Of a stretch of 20,000 nucleotides of DNA, positions 18,189 to 20,000 are shown piece by piece. The DNA comes from an uncultured virus (IMG/VR IMGVR_UViG_3300032167_000100). Its lineage: Duplodnaviria > Heunggongvirae > Uroviricota > Caudoviricetes. The stretch lies in the IMG/VR virus record IMGVR_UViG_3300032167_000100; one strand, given 5' to 3'. The position numbers and the translations under genes are program-made. Position 1 is the first letter of the stretch. Each line of letters begins with the position of its first letter. Under the pieces are notes generated by a model. That model had not been told where the DNA came from. It did no database searches and saw only the letters and a list, made by a program, of their open reading frames with translations.

Positions 18189-18662
18189 TTATTCGGTTTT
18201 TGTGTTGTGTTCGGGATTATCATTCATTGCCTCAAGCTTAGTGAAAAACTCTTCGGAATCATCCTCGAGAATAGGCATGAGCGCAACATAATCCTGCGGC
18301 GTGAGATTGAAATTAGATGCGATATCACTATATTTAATAGTGGGATAATCAACATCTGTTTCGCTGTCCATGAGGGAATAGATCTCATTGAGACGAGGTT
18401 CAATGAACTGAGGGAGAAGCATAGCTGCTCCACGATCGTCGACGATCGGCTCACCGTTTTCATCCTTACGGATCTTATCCTTATAGGTCTCATCGATCTT
18501 CTTACGAGCGGAGATAATTGCATCGTAATCAGTCTGTACGATCTTGATAGTTTTTGCCACACGGAAGCCAATAATGGCTGCATTTGCACCAACAGGTGTC
18601 TGTGTAGCGATCTTATTCAAGGTACCAAAAATAGCTTCAATAGAAGACAATGTAATTTTCAT
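18189..18662 (-). CDS. Small helical phage protein, DUF1617-like (possible tail-fibre assembly accessory)
   Basis: Preferred start is ATG 18662 (MKITLSSIEAIF) with GAGG about 9 nt upstream, rather than GTG 18677. The pattern FRVAKTIKIV...RKKIDETYK...KDENGE resembles small proteins that follow S74 tail fibres. Confidence 0.7.
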   Translation of the reverse strand: MKITLSSIEAIFGTLNKIATQTPVGANAAIIGFRVAKTIKIVQTDYDAIISARKKIDETYKDKIRKDENGEPIVDDRGAAMLLPQFIEPRLNEIYSLMDSETDVDYPTIKYSDIASNFNLTPQDYVALMPILEDDSEEFFTKLEAMNDNPEHNTKTE

Positions 18663-18673
18663 AGTTGTGTTCC

Positions 18674-19999
18674 TCACTTATTTTTGTCTTTATATTTATT
18701 ATTTTTATTGATAATATCTTCAAGATCCATAACACGCTTTTTAAGCTTCTGAATCTGATAGATATTCAGAGCAATGAACTCTGTATAACGAATTCCATAT
18801 CGAGTCTCTTCGAGTTCATGACCTAATTCGTCATGTAAATGGAATTCAACAAATGGAGCAAAATCATTTGTATCAATATTATGCTTCTCAAGCAAATCCT
18901 TTATATCGTTAGCGACAAGCCCGAAATGAATTCGTTTACCATCGATATAACTATATTCGCTTGGAAGTAAATCGTCGTAAAATGCATCATATTTATCAGT
19001 AACAACATTTATGTTTTTCTTAAACCGCTTATCAGACCACTCAGTGGCAGGTGTTTTGAAATATAGGTTATTGACATAAATAGAAGCCCAATAATACGTA
19101 GTATTTCCGAGATTATATTTATCTGTTGTATATGGGTTAATTGAGGTATGGCTATCAATACCACCACGGTTAGTATATGTGGTCGTTTTTGTTTGTGAGA
19201 ACGTTGTAGTAGTCTGCGTATACCCAGAATTAAAATATGCATTATTAACTCTGAATATTACACCCGTTTTCTTTGTCGCACTTGTCGATCCTGCCGAAAC
19301 CGTCATTGTGACTGTACGTTCCTCTAGTCCAAAGATATTTTTAAAATATACTGTAAATGTTTTTGCTTCGAACAGCGCATCATTTAGTGATATTTTAATC
19401 GTCATACCATCAGACACGGATACGGTTGCAGTATATGATTTAGTGGTCGAGTCTGAACTTCCCGGGTCATACCACATGTTCAAATAACAATCACTATTCT
19501 GAGCAGATTTGATCTGATCAGTTACTATTCCCGTTACCTTTAACGACGTCGTCGTTAAAGAATCAACGTATATATTTGTAGCGTTTATGGTAGATGCATC
19601 GATTGCCGATTCAACGCTGAGTGACCTTGCATTGATTGCTCCATTACTCTGAATGTTTTGGAACAGAGCATCACCATTTGATAAAATCGCTGCCAAATAT
19701 ACTGCATATTGGTTTCCGGATCCGTCATATGCAAATAATTCACCATAGTATGTAACGACGCTAGAATTGGCACCAGTAAATACTTTACCAGTAGCATACA
19801 TACCGTTATATCCACCATTGGTTGAATTATAACCATACATATCATTGTTGGACAGTGTCCAACCGCCGATAAGACCAGATATCGCTGTCATATAACCCGC
19901 TTTGGATACGGTGAACTTACCTTTTCCGAGACCAATTCCAGCAGTTCCAATATAAACACCGTCATTTGTCGTCTCGTTATAAGAGGTTTTTCCGTTTCG
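18674..19999 (-). CDS. Tail fibre/spike protein with C-terminal peptidase S74 intramolecular chaperone (5' end outside the window)
   Basis: The frame stays open from 19891 to the window edge (RNGKTSYNETTNDGVYIGTAGIGLGKGKFTVSKAGYMTAISGLIGGW). The C-terminus has WSDKRFKKNI...HFGLVANDI...YGIRYTEFIA...IQKLKKRVMDLE, the S74 signature plus a coiled coil. Confidence 0.88.
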   Translation of the reverse strand, partial: RNGKTSYNETTNDGVYIGTAGIGLGKGKFTVSKAGYMTAISGLIGGWTLSNNDMYGYNSTNGGYNGMYATGKVFTGANSSVVTYYGELFAYDGSGNQYAVYLAAILSNGDALFQNIQSNGAINARSLSVESAIDASTINATNIYVDSLTTTSLKVTGIVTDQIKSAQNSDCYLNMWYDPGSSDSTTKSYTATVSVSDGMTIKISLNDALFEAKTFTVYFKNIFGLEERTVTMTVSAGSTSATKKTGVIFRVNNAYFNSGYTQTTTTFSQTKTTTYTNRGGIDSHTSINPYTTDKYNLGNTTYYWASIYVNNLYFKTPATEWSDKRFKKNINVVTDKYDAFYDDLLPSEYSYIDGKRIHFGLVANDIKDLLEKHNIDTNDFAPFVEFHLHDELGHELEETRYGIRYTEFIALNIYQIQKLKKRVMDLEDIINKNNKYKDKNK

Positions 20000-20000
20000 A

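Noticed and set aside
18663..18677. GTG start at 18677 given by the ORF track
   Set aside because: ATG 18662 has a properly spaced GAGG; the GTG has no SD.
904..19845. Numerous short alternative-frame ORFs (60-180 aa) on both strands
   Set aside because: They are nested in well-supported CDSs and have no recognisable motifs or other independent support.
19889..19891. ATG 19891 as the start of the tail fibre
   Set aside because: The frame stays open to the window edge with tail-fibre-like sequence, and there is no clear SD.

Overview
All coding is on the minus strand. The window looks like the tail/virion-appendage module of a large tailed phage or prophage. Strong AGGAGG-type Shine-Dalgarno sites suggest a Bacillota host (inference). 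In transcription order: (1) the 3' part of a tail fibre/spike with a C-terminal peptidase S74 chaperone; (2) a small DUF1617-like protein; (3, 4) two hypothetical structural proteins with a related C-terminal domain; (5) a 3690-aa protein combining a LamG-like domain, a CotH-like atypical kinase, LRRs, several BspA-type LRR blocks and a PKD-like module; (6) a second BspA-LRR protein of more than 1366 aa that runs off the left edge and is missing from the ORF track. The most striking feature is the junction of the two giant ORFs. They are in the same frame, and a 75-nt stop/hairpin/RBS spacer falls in the middle of one LRR C-terminal cap motif, so they look like one protein of more than 5000 aa that has been split. 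All domain calls come from motif recognition by eye, not database searches.
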